A DNA stretch of 64,000 nt from Cyanophyceae cyanobacterium (GTDB taxonomy: Bacteria; Cyanobacteriota; Cyanobacteriia; Cyanobacteriales; JBHJGN01). Under the pieces are notes generated by a model. The model was not told the origin of the DNA and searched no databases. It saw only the letters and a list, made by a program, of their open reading frames with translations. A program made the position numbers and the translations under genes. The stretch is from NCBI GenBank assembly GCA_050331735.1, contig JBHJGN010000039.1, forward strand, positions 39,624-103,623, written 5' to 3'. Of this stretch, positions 1 to 9,582 are shown piece after piece. Numbering within the stretch: position 1 is the first letter of the stretch; every line of letters begins with the position of its first letter.

Positions 1-1071
1 TAATCTGCCTCCATTGCCCGTTGCTCCGGTCGCCACATCGGTAAATAGTCCACTGACGAAGGGAATAGCAGCAGTGCCAACAATCTCTACTGTTGCCGAT
101 GCCCTCACTATCACAGTTTCTCCAGCATCGCTCCCGAGAGTTTCTGACAACAGCGCTGAACCATCAGCAAGACTAACGCGCCGTCCCTGCACCTGAATTG
201 GTCCGCCTCCACTGCCGCTTGTATCGAGAGAAGCGGCTTGGGAGAGAATAATATCCTGGAAGCTACTGATATTGTCATAGTTCACTTCCCAGCCTCGGTC
301 AGCTTGGTTAAGCTGCACTACCCCCGGTTCACCAACGCTTCCTAACTCAATTCGCCCAGATGCGGCGGTTAAGTTGCCCCCTTCTAAAAAAATATCGCCA
401 CCCACCAGCGCTAAGGTTTGACCGGGCTGTACCTGAAGCCCAGCGGGTCTGTTATCTCTCACAACAGCAGAATTTTGCGGATCGGGGTTGAGACTCAGAA
501 AATTTCCTGGACCTTGGACCCGAATTTCTCCAGACTGCGAACCGTACTGTAAACCAACGGGAACATTGAGTTCTAGAAGAGGTGGGACTTGGGGATCGAC
601 CGCACTAAACTCCTGAGCGTTGGGAAATAGGAAGCTATTGGCCGTACTGCCAATCAACGAACCGCCGATATTGAGAGCCGCGTTAGGACCAAAGACAATG
701 CCGCTAGGGTTGATCAAAAAGAGACTCGCTGCTCCATTGGCGCGAATCAAGCCGTCAATAGTAGAAACGGAACCTCCCGTAACGCGGCTGATAATATTTT
801 CAATGGTGGCGGCATTGTCAAAGAAGGCTGTATTGCCAGTTTGAACAGAAAACTGCTCAAAGCTATGGAAGAGATTGCTGCCAACTTTAGTGCCGCCGGT
901 AATGTTGCTCGTATTACCGTCAGGAGTTACAACGGTATTTTCAGTAAGTGTATTATCGGGAACGATTTGGGCAGATGCAATTGGAGGCACTATCAGCAGA
1001 AAGAAAATAGAGAAGAGATTTGCTTTGCTTTGGTTGAGCTGTTGCTTGAAAAAGCAAGCGATGCTATTCAT
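1..1071 (-). CDS. Filamentous haemagglutinin N-terminal (TPS) domain exoprotein, runs off the window start
   Basis: Absent from the ORF track. Manual translation from ATG 1071 (GGAG just upstream): MNSIACFF...PPIASAQIVPDNTL...ITGGTKVGSNLFHSFEQFSV...ENIISRVTGGSVSTIDGLIRANGAASLFLINPSGIVFGPNAALNIGGS, the typical cyanobacterial haemagglutination-activity domain with an NPxG motif. Confidence 0.93.
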   Translation of the reverse strand, partial: MNSIACFFKQQLNQSKANLFSIFFLLIVPPIASAQIVPDNTLTENTVVTPDGNTSNITGGTKVGSNLFHSFEQFSVQTGNTAFFDNAATIENIISRVTGGSVSTIDGLIRANGAASLFLINPSGIVFGPNAALNIGGSLIGSTANSFLFPNAQEFSAVDPQVPPLLELNVPVGLQYGSQSGEIRVQGPGNFLSLNPDPQNSAVVRDNRPAGLQVQPGQTLALVGGDIFLEGGNLTAASGRIELGSVGEPGVVQLNQADRGWEVNYDNISSFQDIILSQAASLDTSGSGGGPIQVQGRRVSLADGSALLSETLGSDAGETVIVRASATVEIVGTAAIPFVSGLFTDVATGATGNGGRL

Positions 1072-1142
1072 CTACGCTCCGAGCAATAATGAACGACTTT
1101 TCTATCCATATAAGGATAGCTGCACAATGACTCTTGCGAACA

Positions 1143-2660
1143 TTATTTTTGACGACGACCTTTGATAAAAAAGGCCAGACGGAGCAAGACTAACCCCGAT
1201 AACCAGCCAACGGTAGTTGATGGTCCTGGCACCGCTGCCGTTCCGGCTGGATCACCTTGCTCAACTTCCTGCCAGAGCCAATGCTGCCACATGGCTCCCT
1301 GCCACCAGCCTGTAGTTCCACTGCTGGCTGGTGTACTTTCCCTCCATCCCCATTCGTAGATTAAACTTTCTTCAATCATCTCCTCGATCTCTGCGTCCCG
1401 GTTTTGAGAGAGAAGCTGAGCGGCTTCTCCGGGATTTTCTTCCAGCCACTCAACCGTCACTCCTAATGCAGCGGCTAACTCCTCCTTGGCCTGCTCTTTC
1501 AGGAGCCACCAGTCCTCCGGGGTTTCTGACCCAATATCCCAACCGAGCACGTCCATTGCCTGTCGATCGAGAGCGAAGAGATCCCTTTTCTGACCAACCC
1601 GAATTAGTGGGTCCATAATCCCTAAAGGATTATCCTGTAATTTCCAGTGACTTCCTTGATACCCATCACCGTCCTGTCCGGTTGAAAATTCTGCCAGCCA
1701 TGTCTTGCCACTGTCTATGGAAAAGAATTTTTGTCCTCCAATAGAGAGATCGTTATGCTGCCGTGCGGCACTTTCTGGAGAATAGCGGAATAGGTCTAGA
1801 GCGTTGGTATAGTCGAGGGTGCCAAGATTGGCATAGCGATTCTTTTTACTGTAGTTATCGTCGTCATCGTCATCATCGTCATCGTCGTCGTCGTCATCAT
1901 CGTCATAATCTTCAAAGTGTTCACTCTCGATATCTGATAGGGCAGCTATCCATGCTGGAGAATCAACTCCACTGGCAAAGCCAAGAGTATGACCGATCTC
2001 ATGAAGCGCGACGCTGACAAAATCTACTTGGTTATCAGCAACATTTACGTCCTGGTAATAATAGTTCCAGTCATAGGACGAGTCTGCTAGGTCATTGAAG
2101 ACGATGTAGCCATCTAACTCTCCGCTATCTTCTGCGAGCATTCTCACCGACTTTGCATTGGCACGAGTCAGATTCAGCCTGTGAGTTTTTTTAAGCTTAT
2201 AACCATTAGCCGTTGCTTGAAACCCTTGATGGTTTTGATTGTTGTCATCGTCATCGTCATCGTCGTCATCGTCGTCGTCATCACTAGCTTTGTGCGAGGA
2301 CATATGGTTAATAGCCTCCCAGTCGCTGTAAGAGGAGGCATCTTGCGCGAGCCGCTTCCAGTAATTCTGATATTTCTGCTTGGGCTTCATTCCAGGTAAA
2401 GCTCCGCCAACAACACTATCTGGAAGTTCACTCGTCGTTTCCACATGAATATTGACAGTGACCTGATCGCTCAGATACGATGACCATATACTACCCGCTA
2501 TTTCCATTCCCAACATCTGCTCTAAAGTAGTGCCTGAGCCATAGGTAAAGTTGAACTGCACTGCCTGAGCCGGAGAGCGACTAGCAATCATCCCTGTAAT
2601 TAGCCCAAGGAGAGGCAAGAACGTTTTTTGACGAGTAGCGCTAGCTACGATGCTTTTCAT
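1143..2660 (-). CDS. Secreted zincin metalloprotease (NF038122-like) with two poly-Asp tracts and a PEP-CTERM-like tail
   Basis: Signal peptide ending AQA; HEIGHTLG zinc motif; SHW and GIMDP Met-turn region; C-terminal AVPGPS + hydrophobic helix + RRQK. Confidence 0.85.
   Translation of the reverse strand: MKSIVASATRQKTFLPLLGLITGMIASRSPAQAVQFNFTYGSGTTLEQMLGMEIAGSIWSSYLSDQVTVNIHVETTSELPDSVVGGALPGMKPKQKYQNYWKRLAQDASSYSDWEAINHMSSHKASDDDDDDDDDDDDDNNQNHQGFQATANGYKLKKTHRLNLTRANAKSVRMLAEDSGELDGYIVFNDLADSSYDWNYYYQDVNVADNQVDFVSVALHEIGHTLGFASGVDSPAWIAALSDIESEHFEDYDDDDDDDDDDDDDDDDNYSKKNRYANLGTLDYTNALDLFRYSPESAARQHNDLSIGGQKFFSIDSGKTWLAEFSTGQDGDGYQGSHWKLQDNPLGIMDPLIRVGQKRDLFALDRQAMDVLGWDIGSETPEDWWLLKEQAKEELAAALGVTVEWLEENPGEAAQLLSQNRDAEIEEMIEESLIYEWGWRESTPASSGTTGWWQGAMWQHWLWQEVEQGDPAGTAAVPGPSTTVGWLSGLVLLRLAFFIKGRRQK
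1857..1904 (-). repeat. Poly-Asp tract 2 (16 mixed GAT/GAC codons)
   Basis: ATC/GTC triplet run on + strand. Confidence 0.95.
2244..2282 (-). repeat. Poly-Asp tract 1 (13 mixed GAT/GAC codons)
   Basis: ATC/GTC triplet run on + strand. Confidence 0.95.
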
Positions 2661-3567
2661 TGGTTTCGAGATCCACGGTGAGCAGTTGATTCACGGCTGG
2701 ATGTGATTGAGAGCAGAGTGCTGTTGAGGCCGCTGGCAGGCTACCAAGATTTGGCGGGCTCAGTCTGGCGAACTAATAGTGTTCTCCGGTTGTCAGCTCA
2801 TTACTGATAGTGGCGGAAGACAAATACAAGCTGCATAAACCTGCTTTCTCGACATCCGTTTTCCAGAATTGTTACTTTTCTAGTTAAGAATTACACGATC
2901 CGGTTCTCTTTTGTCGAGTTGCGCTCGTCCTCACTGTTCTGATGATGCTTTTGTCGTTGAACCAAGCAGAAAAAACAGAAAGCTCTCTCCAGGAAAGAGA
3001 TGAGGCAAATTACAGGCACAGGTTAACTCTACAGTCCGGTCATCAGGCTTTGTGGTTGTCAATTTGTCAAAGCCGTAATTTGTTTCCCAAAGTCAAGCTG
3101 GGAGAAGAAAACCAGCAAAAGTAATATTGTAGAAACATGATAGTCACTAAAATTTTGCTTGGGGCAACTTTTTTTTGCACTGGCAGCTCAGCAACAAGCA
3201 AGGAATGGAGGCGAGCATCTCCCTAGCCAGCCGGTAGTAGTCGCGGGTGCTGCCACACAGGTCAACAGCTACTATGCCTAACGCTGTACCAAGCTTTCCA
3301 ATAGCTTTATCCAAAAAGCCAACTTTTGCTAGTCTGAGAGACTGCCTGAGCCTAAATAGCGGCTTCTACTCTTAACCGTACTAACAGAGCTCCTGCTTCT
3401 GCACCCCGTTTCAAACTGCTCACATTTATTGTTTGTTAATCACGCTGGAAAAGAGTTCTGAGCAAAATATCTCTAAGAGTATTAGAATCTGAAAGTTTCG
3501 AGCGTGTTATGCTGGCAACGCTAAATTAGGTAGAATTCTAGAGAAATTTGATTAAGGCAGGTTGATA

Positions 3568-5034
3568 ATGTCAAAAACCCTCTTAGTTGTTGACGATGAA
3601 CAGGAATTTGCTCAAATCATAGTAGATACTTTTCAACAAGAAGTTGAGCAAGGATTAAAAATTGAGTCTGTCCACAGCGGGACTCAAGCCTGGAACAGAA
3701 TCGACACAGAACCAACAACGATTAAGGGCGTATTAATTGATCTGGTGGTTCCTGAACTAGAAGAGGGTTTAACTTTAATTGAAAAATTGGAAAAAAACTA
3801 TCCCAATATTAAATATGTTGTTTACTCAGCTCAAGTTTCTATTGAAGAGTATGTTAAGCACTTCAAAAATCACAAGAATCTGATTGCCTGTATTGACAAA
3901 GGAAAAGTTTCTACAAAAGAGGTTAAAAATTTAATTAGAGAAGATTTAGCAATTCCTGCACCCCAAGCTACTAAAAAGTTTGACTATGATACTCTCGATT
4001 CGGTAACTACCCAGTTTTTACGCCAACAAGCCGTTAGAATTCGGGGACTGATTAGACAAAACATCCTAGAAATTGGTTTAAGCTTACTTGAAGTTAAGCA
4101 AAAGTTAAAGCACGGAAACTTTATTAACTGGATTGAAAGTGAGTTTTACTGGAGCTACTCTTTAGCCTACAAGTTTATGCGGGTCGCTGAGGCTTTCCCC
4201 AAAAAGTACACATCTGTAAACTTTACAGATTTGCAGTTTGCCCCTTCAGCTCTGTATCTTCTAGCTGCTGTTTCTGTTCCAGAAGCTGCCAGGGATGAAG
4301 CTGTATCCCGCGCGCAAGCGGGTGAAGATATCACCTATTCAACTGCTCAGGAAATTAAGCGCAAGTACGTTAGCGAGTCTGACAAAACCCCGTTGAAAGA
4401 GACAAAACCGAAAGAAGAACTCTCTACTCTCCTGCTGCCGTCAGTTCCAGCCGCAGACAGGGAACTCAAGGATGAGACAACTGCATTATGGTCATCAGAA
4501 GCGAAGGAGGCTCCTGCTCAACCTACCAGAGAGAGGGCCACTCCGCCACCTCAGTTGGAAATTGTTAATGTTAAACTCAAAACAAAAGCCTCTCCCAAAA
4601 TTCAAGACTCTGATATGTGGTGGCAGCTAGATCGTCACACCCTTTACTGGGGAAGTCCAGGTTCGTTACGATTTGTCGAGCGTCTTCCTCAAAACATTGC
4701 TTTGAGTCTAGCTTTCCCGCCGCATCGAAATTGGGTTTTGGAACAACCAATAGCCGCTAACTCATCGTTGGCGCTCTACCGGGGCTACGAAGATGAGGCT
4801 CCAGATCTCTTCCGGCAGATGATTGAGCGAGCGCTAGAGCTGTATACAGAAGCGGGCGATTTGGTGGTTTTTTCGTACCTTCCCGATCCAGAATTGCTAA
4901 GATTGGTGGATACCCTCGACTGTTGCTGTTACATAGCCGAGCCTCGTTGGGCGCGTTGCCAGGAAGCGATCGCAGTTTGGCAAGCACAAGGAGGAACAGT
5001 GCAAAGAGCTAGCAATAGCGATGAGCAATCTTGA
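3568..5034 (+). CDS. Receiver domain + DUF3102 + degenerate DNA-methyltransferase-like C-terminal domain protein
   Basis: LLVVDDE...VLID receiver; ILEIGLSLLEVKQKLKHGNFINWIESEF...AYKFMRVAE...FAPSALYLLAA is DUF3102-like; C-terminal WQLDRH...LAFPP...GDLVVF. Confidence 0.75.
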   Translation: MSKTLLVVDDEQEFAQIIVDTFQQEVEQGLKIESVHSGTQAWNRIDTEPTTIKGVLIDLVVPELEEGLTLIEKLEKNYPNIKYVVYSAQVSIEEYVKHFKNHKNLIACIDKGKVSTKEVKNLIREDLAIPAPQATKKFDYDTLDSVTTQFLRQQAVRIRGLIRQNILEIGLSLLEVKQKLKHGNFINWIESEFYWSYSLAYKFMRVAEAFPKKYTSVNFTDLQFAPSALYLLAAVSVPEAARDEAVSRAQAGEDITYSTAQEIKRKYVSESDKTPLKETKPKEELSTLLLPSVPAADRELKDETTALWSSEAKEAPAQPTRERATPPPQLEIVNVKLKTKASPKIQDSDMWWQLDRHTLYWGSPGSLRFVERLPQNIALSLAFPPHRNWVLEQPIAANSSLALYRGYEDEAPDLFRQMIERALELYTEAGDLVVFSYLPDPELLRLVDTLDCCCYIAEPRWARCQEAIAVWQAQGGTVQRASNSDEQS

Positions 5035-5107
5035 AACTTTTTTGCAGCGCTTCAGCCTGTCATGGTGCTGACCGTCAAGCAGTTCACTTTTTGAGGAGCC
5101 GTAACTC

Positions 5108-5389
5108 ATGATTTCAACGAAACCGACTATTTTAGTAACTGGTGAAATTGACCATCTCGGCATTCACAGCGTTCAGTCATTGCAAAATGAAGGCTACGAC
5201 ATGGTTGTTCTGGGTAGCTTAGTACATAACTATCGCGCCCCAATTGAAAGTATGCTAAAAGCCAAGCTAGTTGGAGGAGATGCCGATAATTGGACAACCT
5301 TTAGTTGTTTGTGGATGATCTACTGCATCGCGGCGATTATGCATTTTGAGGAAAAGAAGTTTTGCTCTTTAATGATTTTTGTTAAGTAA
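5108..5389 (+). pseudogene. galE: Degraded 5' fragment of UDP-glucose 4-epimerase
   Basis: KPTILVTG...GYDMVVL.SLV...KAKLV.GD...IAAIMHF follows the cyanobacterial GalE N-terminus, but the GGAGYIG nucleotide-binding motif reads GEIDHLG and the ORF ends at 93 aa. Confidence 0.7.
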
Positions 5390-5791
5390 ACAGTAAACTG
5401 CTGTGCAAAGTTATGTCAGGACGGATTAGCTTTTTATTCTTAAGGAGCAAGTAGCAGATGGCAATCTATGAGGTTGTCCTAATCTTGCTCTGTATATAGC
5501 ATCTCTCACATTTGTGAGATATACCTCTAAGCCCTAATTTTTGGGGATGGGCTGGGAAAGCATTCGGTGCTTTCTCTAGACTCTGCTTGATTGTTGATTA
5601 TTCCCGCCATAATGTCTGGCATTTCTTACTAAAGTGAGAACTACACCCTATTTTCAGGAACAGCGCATCTGAATACATTGCTGCTGTTATAGCATCAGCG
5701 ATTACAGTGACAGAGTATTCGCAAAGGGAGTGTTGCATACCGAGCTAGCCTCTACTACTATCAAGGCGGTAATTTCCACTCAGTTTTGGCA

Positions 5792-6442
5792 ATGCTCTCC
5801 GCTATTTTGTTCGATCTAGACGGAACGCTTACTAACACCGATCCGCTTCACTTTGCCACCTGGCAAGAGGTTCTCGCCGAGTTAGGTCTTTCTATTGATC
5901 GGACGTTTTACGATCAGCGGATTTCTGGACGGCTAAATTCGGCGATCGTACAAGATATTCTCCCAAAGCTTAAGCCAGAAGCAGGAATGCAGGTTGCTGA
6001 CGATAAAGAACGGCGTTTTCGCCAGCAAAGTCATCAGCTACAGCCGTTACCCGGTTTAGCAGAGTTGCTTCAGTGGGTGGCCTCTCGTCAGCTCAAACAG
6101 GCAGTGGTGACGAACGCACCCCGCGCCAATGCTCAGTTTATGCTGGAAGCCCTCCAGCTAACCGCCGCTTTTCCGACCGTTGTTTTAGCCGAAGAAGCCG
6201 CGCAGGGCAAACCCGATCCCGCTCCTTATCAGCTCGCCTTATCTCGCTTAGGCGTAACGTGTGAAGAGGCGATCGCTTTTGAAGACTCTCCCTCGGGCGT
6301 TCGTTCTGCGGTAGGTGCCGGACTATCGACGATTGGGGTCGCTTCAACCCACGTCCCCACTCATCTTCAAGACGCGGGAGCGGCGATGGTCATTACCGAT
6401 TTTACGGAGCCGAAGCTCTGGGAATGGCTGGCCAAGCTGTAG
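5792..6442 (+). CDS. HAD-superfamily hydrolase (subfamily IA)
   Basis: FDLDGT motif I, VTN, KPDP, FEDS motifs. Confidence 0.93.
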   Translation: MLSAILFDLDGTLTNTDPLHFATWQEVLAELGLSIDRTFYDQRISGRLNSAIVQDILPKLKPEAGMQVADDKERRFRQQSHQLQPLPGLAELLQWVASRQLKQAVVTNAPRANAQFMLEALQLTAAFPTVVLAEEAAQGKPDPAPYQLALSRLGVTCEEAIAFEDSPSGVRSAVGAGLSTIGVASTHVPTHLQDAGAAMVITDFTEPKLWEWLAKL

Positions 6443-6450
6443 GAATTGAC

Positions 6451-7698
6451 CTAAGTAGAGGACGAATTGTCATCCCGGCTGCTCGTTGATTGCCGATGAT
6501 TAGGCATTTTCTGACGATGCCAAGCTTCTATCGCAGTTTGATGAACGGTCAACCACGGAACTCCATGCTGTCGAGCTAATTGGGCACAATCTTCGTACTC
6601 TGGATGGACATTCATCACTCTATGCGGCTCCCCCTGACTCGCTACCTTGATTCGTACCGTACCGTATCCTGTCTCTACCGACTGAATTTCCCGCTGGAGA
6701 ATGGAGCGCTGCTGCATCGAACGTCTAATGCCGAGCGTCGTTGTCTCCCTAAACAACACCGCTTCACAGGCGGTTACTTTCTCAGGCGGACAGATTACGG
6801 TCAGTAACGTTCCCAGTCGAGACTTCTTCATAGCGATCGCGCTTGTAAATACGTCGAGAGCGCCAGAGCGAAATAGCACTGCTAACGCATAGGCGATCGC
6901 CTGGGGACTGGCATCATCAATTTGGGTCTCCAGCACCGCCACTTCCTGCTGGACGAATGAGGTAGCTTCTGTCCCTAGCCAGAGCCGGAGAAGATTCGGC
7001 AGCGCTAGCTGAGCGGTTCCTGCCCCTAGGCCGATACGCTCAAGGGTCAGAGGCGGAGGCGCTCCAAAACGAGTGGCGAGGGTTGTAGCGATCGCTGCTC
7101 CGGTGGGCGTGACTAACTCTTTTTCAATCCCATTGCTGTAGACGGGCACCTGACGCATTTCCCACAGCTTCAGCACTGCCGGAACCGGGACGGGCAAACG
7201 ACCATGAGCCACCCTCACCATGCCTCCGCCAGTCGGGAGAGGCGAGCAGTGCAGTTCGTCAATTCCTAGCCAGTCTAACCCTAGACAAGTGCCCACAATA
7301 TCGACAATGGCATCCGTGGCCCCCACTTCATGAAAATGCACCTTCTCTGGAGCAATACCGTGGACGGCTCCTTCGGCAATGGCAAGCTGACGAAAGACCT
7401 GTAAACTCCACCGCAAGGCTCTTGGCGGTAGAGATGTTGCTTGAATGAGCTGCTCGATGTTCGGTAGATGCCTAGCAGGAAAGTGGCGATCGTCCTTCAG
7501 GACATCTACATGCACCTTGGTGGCGGCTTGCCCGTTGCGATGCACTGTTTCTGCCCAAAGATGATACTCCTGCTCAATAGAGAGCTGACGAAGCTGCTCG
7601 CTCAAATACTCTAATGGTACCCCCACATCCACCAGAGCCCCTAAACACATATCTCCGGCAATTCCGGTCGGGCATTCTAAATAAGCAATCTTCTTCAT
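6451..7698 (-). CDS. larC: Nickel pincer cofactor biosynthesis protein LarC
   Basis: [54 protein letters not shown]. Confidence 0.95.
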   Translation of the reverse strand: MKKIAYLECPTGIAGDMCLGALVDVGVPLEYLSEQLRQLSIEQEYHLWAETVHRNGQAATKVHVDVLKDDRHFPARHLPNIEQLIQATSLPPRALRWSLQVFRQLAIAEGAVHGIAPEKVHFHEVGATDAIVDIVGTCLGLDWLGIDELHCSPLPTGGGMVRVAHGRLPVPVPAVLKLWEMRQVPVYSNGIEKELVTPTGAAIATTLATRFGAPPPLTLERIGLGAGTAQLALPNLLRLWLGTEATSFVQQEVAVLETQIDDASPQAIAYALAVLFRSGALDVFTSAIAMKKSRLGTLLTVICPPEKVTACEAVLFRETTTLGIRRSMQQRSILQREIQSVETGYGTVRIKVASQGEPHRVMNVHPEYEDCAQLARQHGVPWLTVHQTAIEAWHRQKMPNHRQSTSSRDDNSSST

Positions 7699-7857
7699 TC
7701 CTATAAAGCCGTGCCTCCGGCGCGAATTGGTTTGCCACTGAATTTGACGGTCGCCTTCTACTTTAATCTCTCTCCGGGACCAACTGGTTAACAGAGCCTC
7801 TGCCCAAACCGTTCAACCCTCCTTTCCTATCGAGCAATGCTTAAATGATTGGCTGCT

Positions 7858-7892
7858 ATCCTCACAAATTCCTCATATTCTTAGCTTAATCT
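7858..7892 (+). promoter_or_regulatory. L-box-like direct repeat + -10 (site A), towards the di-heme pair
   Basis: ATCCTCA-CAAA-TTCCTCA, 11 nt, TAATCT. Confidence 0.75.
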
Positions 7893-8052
7893 GTGTTGTT
7901 ATTGAGCATTGCTGAAAGAAGCCCGCTCGAAATTGATAATTACTAACAAACTTACAATTAACTGCCCTGATCGTTTGCTAGCCAGCCACACCGTCATCGA
8001 AATCAAAGATGATTTTGTCTAATCTTAATATCGTTTAGTCTCCGGATCTAAA

Positions 8053-9552
8053 ATGAGTGACGCGCACAAGAGCGATCGCCAACCCAAATTCTTAGGGATG
8101 ACTCGCAAAATACTTGTTACTGCCGCCGTCTTCCTGACCGTCATTGCCCTGTGGCTGACCTGGCCTTTTTTGACCAATCGCGGCCCCGTTTACTACGCCG
8201 ACATCGACGAACATTTTCGCTACGGCTCAGTCGGAGGCGAAAATACAGACGGGATTCCCTACTGGTTATGGAAAGCTTTGCCCGTGGTGTTCGCGGATAA
8301 GCTGCCTGGGGAGGGCTGGACCTCCCTAGGCTTCATTCAAGAACCAGACCACGAGCTACCGATTGGCTTTGCTAAATCGACCCGTACTATTGGTCTGGAT
8401 GTGGTGACCCAGAACTGCGCCACCTGCCACGTCAGTACGCTGCGGGAAACCCCCGAGTCGCAGCCAGCGATCGTCTCGACGATGCCCGCCAATACCGTCA
8501 ATCTTCAGGCTTATATTCAGTTTCTCATTAATGCCGCCATTGACGAACGTTTCACCGCCAGCCAGATTATGCCCACCATCGCCGCGATGGGAGCAAATCT
8601 GAATCCGCTGGAGAAGCTAGTTTACAAGTATTTTGCCATTCCCCAAACGCGGGATGCCCTGCTGCGGGAACGGCACGACCTGACGTTTATGGAAAAGCAG
8701 TCTTCCTATGGACCGGGGCGAGTGGATACGTTTACAACGTATAAAACTCGTCGCTTCGGGTTTCCCGCCGACGAACTGCCTCCAGAAGAACTCAACGGCA
8801 TTGCCGATTTTCCCAGCATCTGGAATCAGGAACCTCGGCAGGGTCTATATCTGCACTGGGACGGCAACAATAACGACCCGGATGAGCGCAATCGCACCGC
8901 CGCCCTAGCGCTCGTCGCTCCGGCAACCCTGGATTTCGATTCGCTGTTTCGCCTCCAGGAATGGTTAAATGAGGTGCCGCCGCCCGAATACCCCTACAGG
9001 ATTGATGCCGCCCTCGCGGCGCGGGGCCAGCCCATTTTTGAGGCTCAGTGCGCAAGCTGTCACGATATTCTCCATCGTCCCGACAAATCGGATTTAGAAA
9101 CCGTCACCCCCATCGACCAAATCGGAACAGACCGAGGACGGTTAGATTCCTACACCTACGATCTGGCCTCTAATCAATATTTAATCTTTAGCGGGATCGA
9201 GTATCGAGGAGAAGATAAGCGCTTTCGGCACTACCGCAAAACCAATGGCTACGCCAACGCCCCTTTAGATGGAATTTGGCTGCGTGCCCCCTATTTGCAC
9301 AATGGGTCTGTGCCCACCCTCCGAGACTTACTGGAGAAACCTGAGGCTCGCCCAAAAACTTTTTTCCGCGGCTATGACGTATACGACAAAAGAAATGTTG
9401 GCTTTATCAGTACTGTCCCCGCAGAGGACGGCAAGCCATTTTTCAAATATGACACCTCCTTGCCAGGTAACGGCAATGGCGGTCATCTGTTTGGAACCGA
9501 CCTCTCCGCCGAGGATAAAGAGGCTCTCCTTGAATACCTCAAAACGCAGTAG
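8053..9552 (+). CDS. Membrane-anchored di-heme c-type cytochrome, RoxA/CcP-MauG-like (copy 1)
   Basis: N-terminal TM helix; CATCH and CASCH; LDGIWLRAPYLHNGSVPTL; GNGNGGH. Confidence 0.85.
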   Translation: MSDAHKSDRQPKFLGMTRKILVTAAVFLTVIALWLTWPFLTNRGPVYYADIDEHFRYGSVGGENTDGIPYWLWKALPVVFADKLPGEGWTSLGFIQEPDHELPIGFAKSTRTIGLDVVTQNCATCHVSTLRETPESQPAIVSTMPANTVNLQAYIQFLINAAIDERFTASQIMPTIAAMGANLNPLEKLVYKYFAIPQTRDALLRERHDLTFMEKQSSYGPGRVDTFTTYKTRRFGFPADELPPEELNGIADFPSIWNQEPRQGLYLHWDGNNNDPDERNRTAALALVAPATLDFDSLFRLQEWLNEVPPPEYPYRIDAALAARGQPIFEAQCASCHDILHRPDKSDLETVTPIDQIGTDRGRLDSYTYDLASNQYLIFSGIEYRGEDKRFRHYRKTNGYANAPLDGIWLRAPYLHNGSVPTLRDLLEKPEARPKTFFRGYDVYDKRNVGFISTVPAEDGKPFFKYDTSLPGNGNGGHLFGTDLSAEDKEALLEYLKTQ

Positions 9553-9582
9553 ACTGCTCGACGCTCGCGCAAAGGTAACGTA

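Noticed and set aside
14..1165. Short + strand ORFs
   Set aside because: Shadow frames opposite the haemagglutinin-domain gene.
2661..3560. Riboswitch or ncRNA in the 900-bp divergent intergenic region
   Set aside because: No recognisable conserved motif on either strand by eye; an Rfam/Infernal search is needed.
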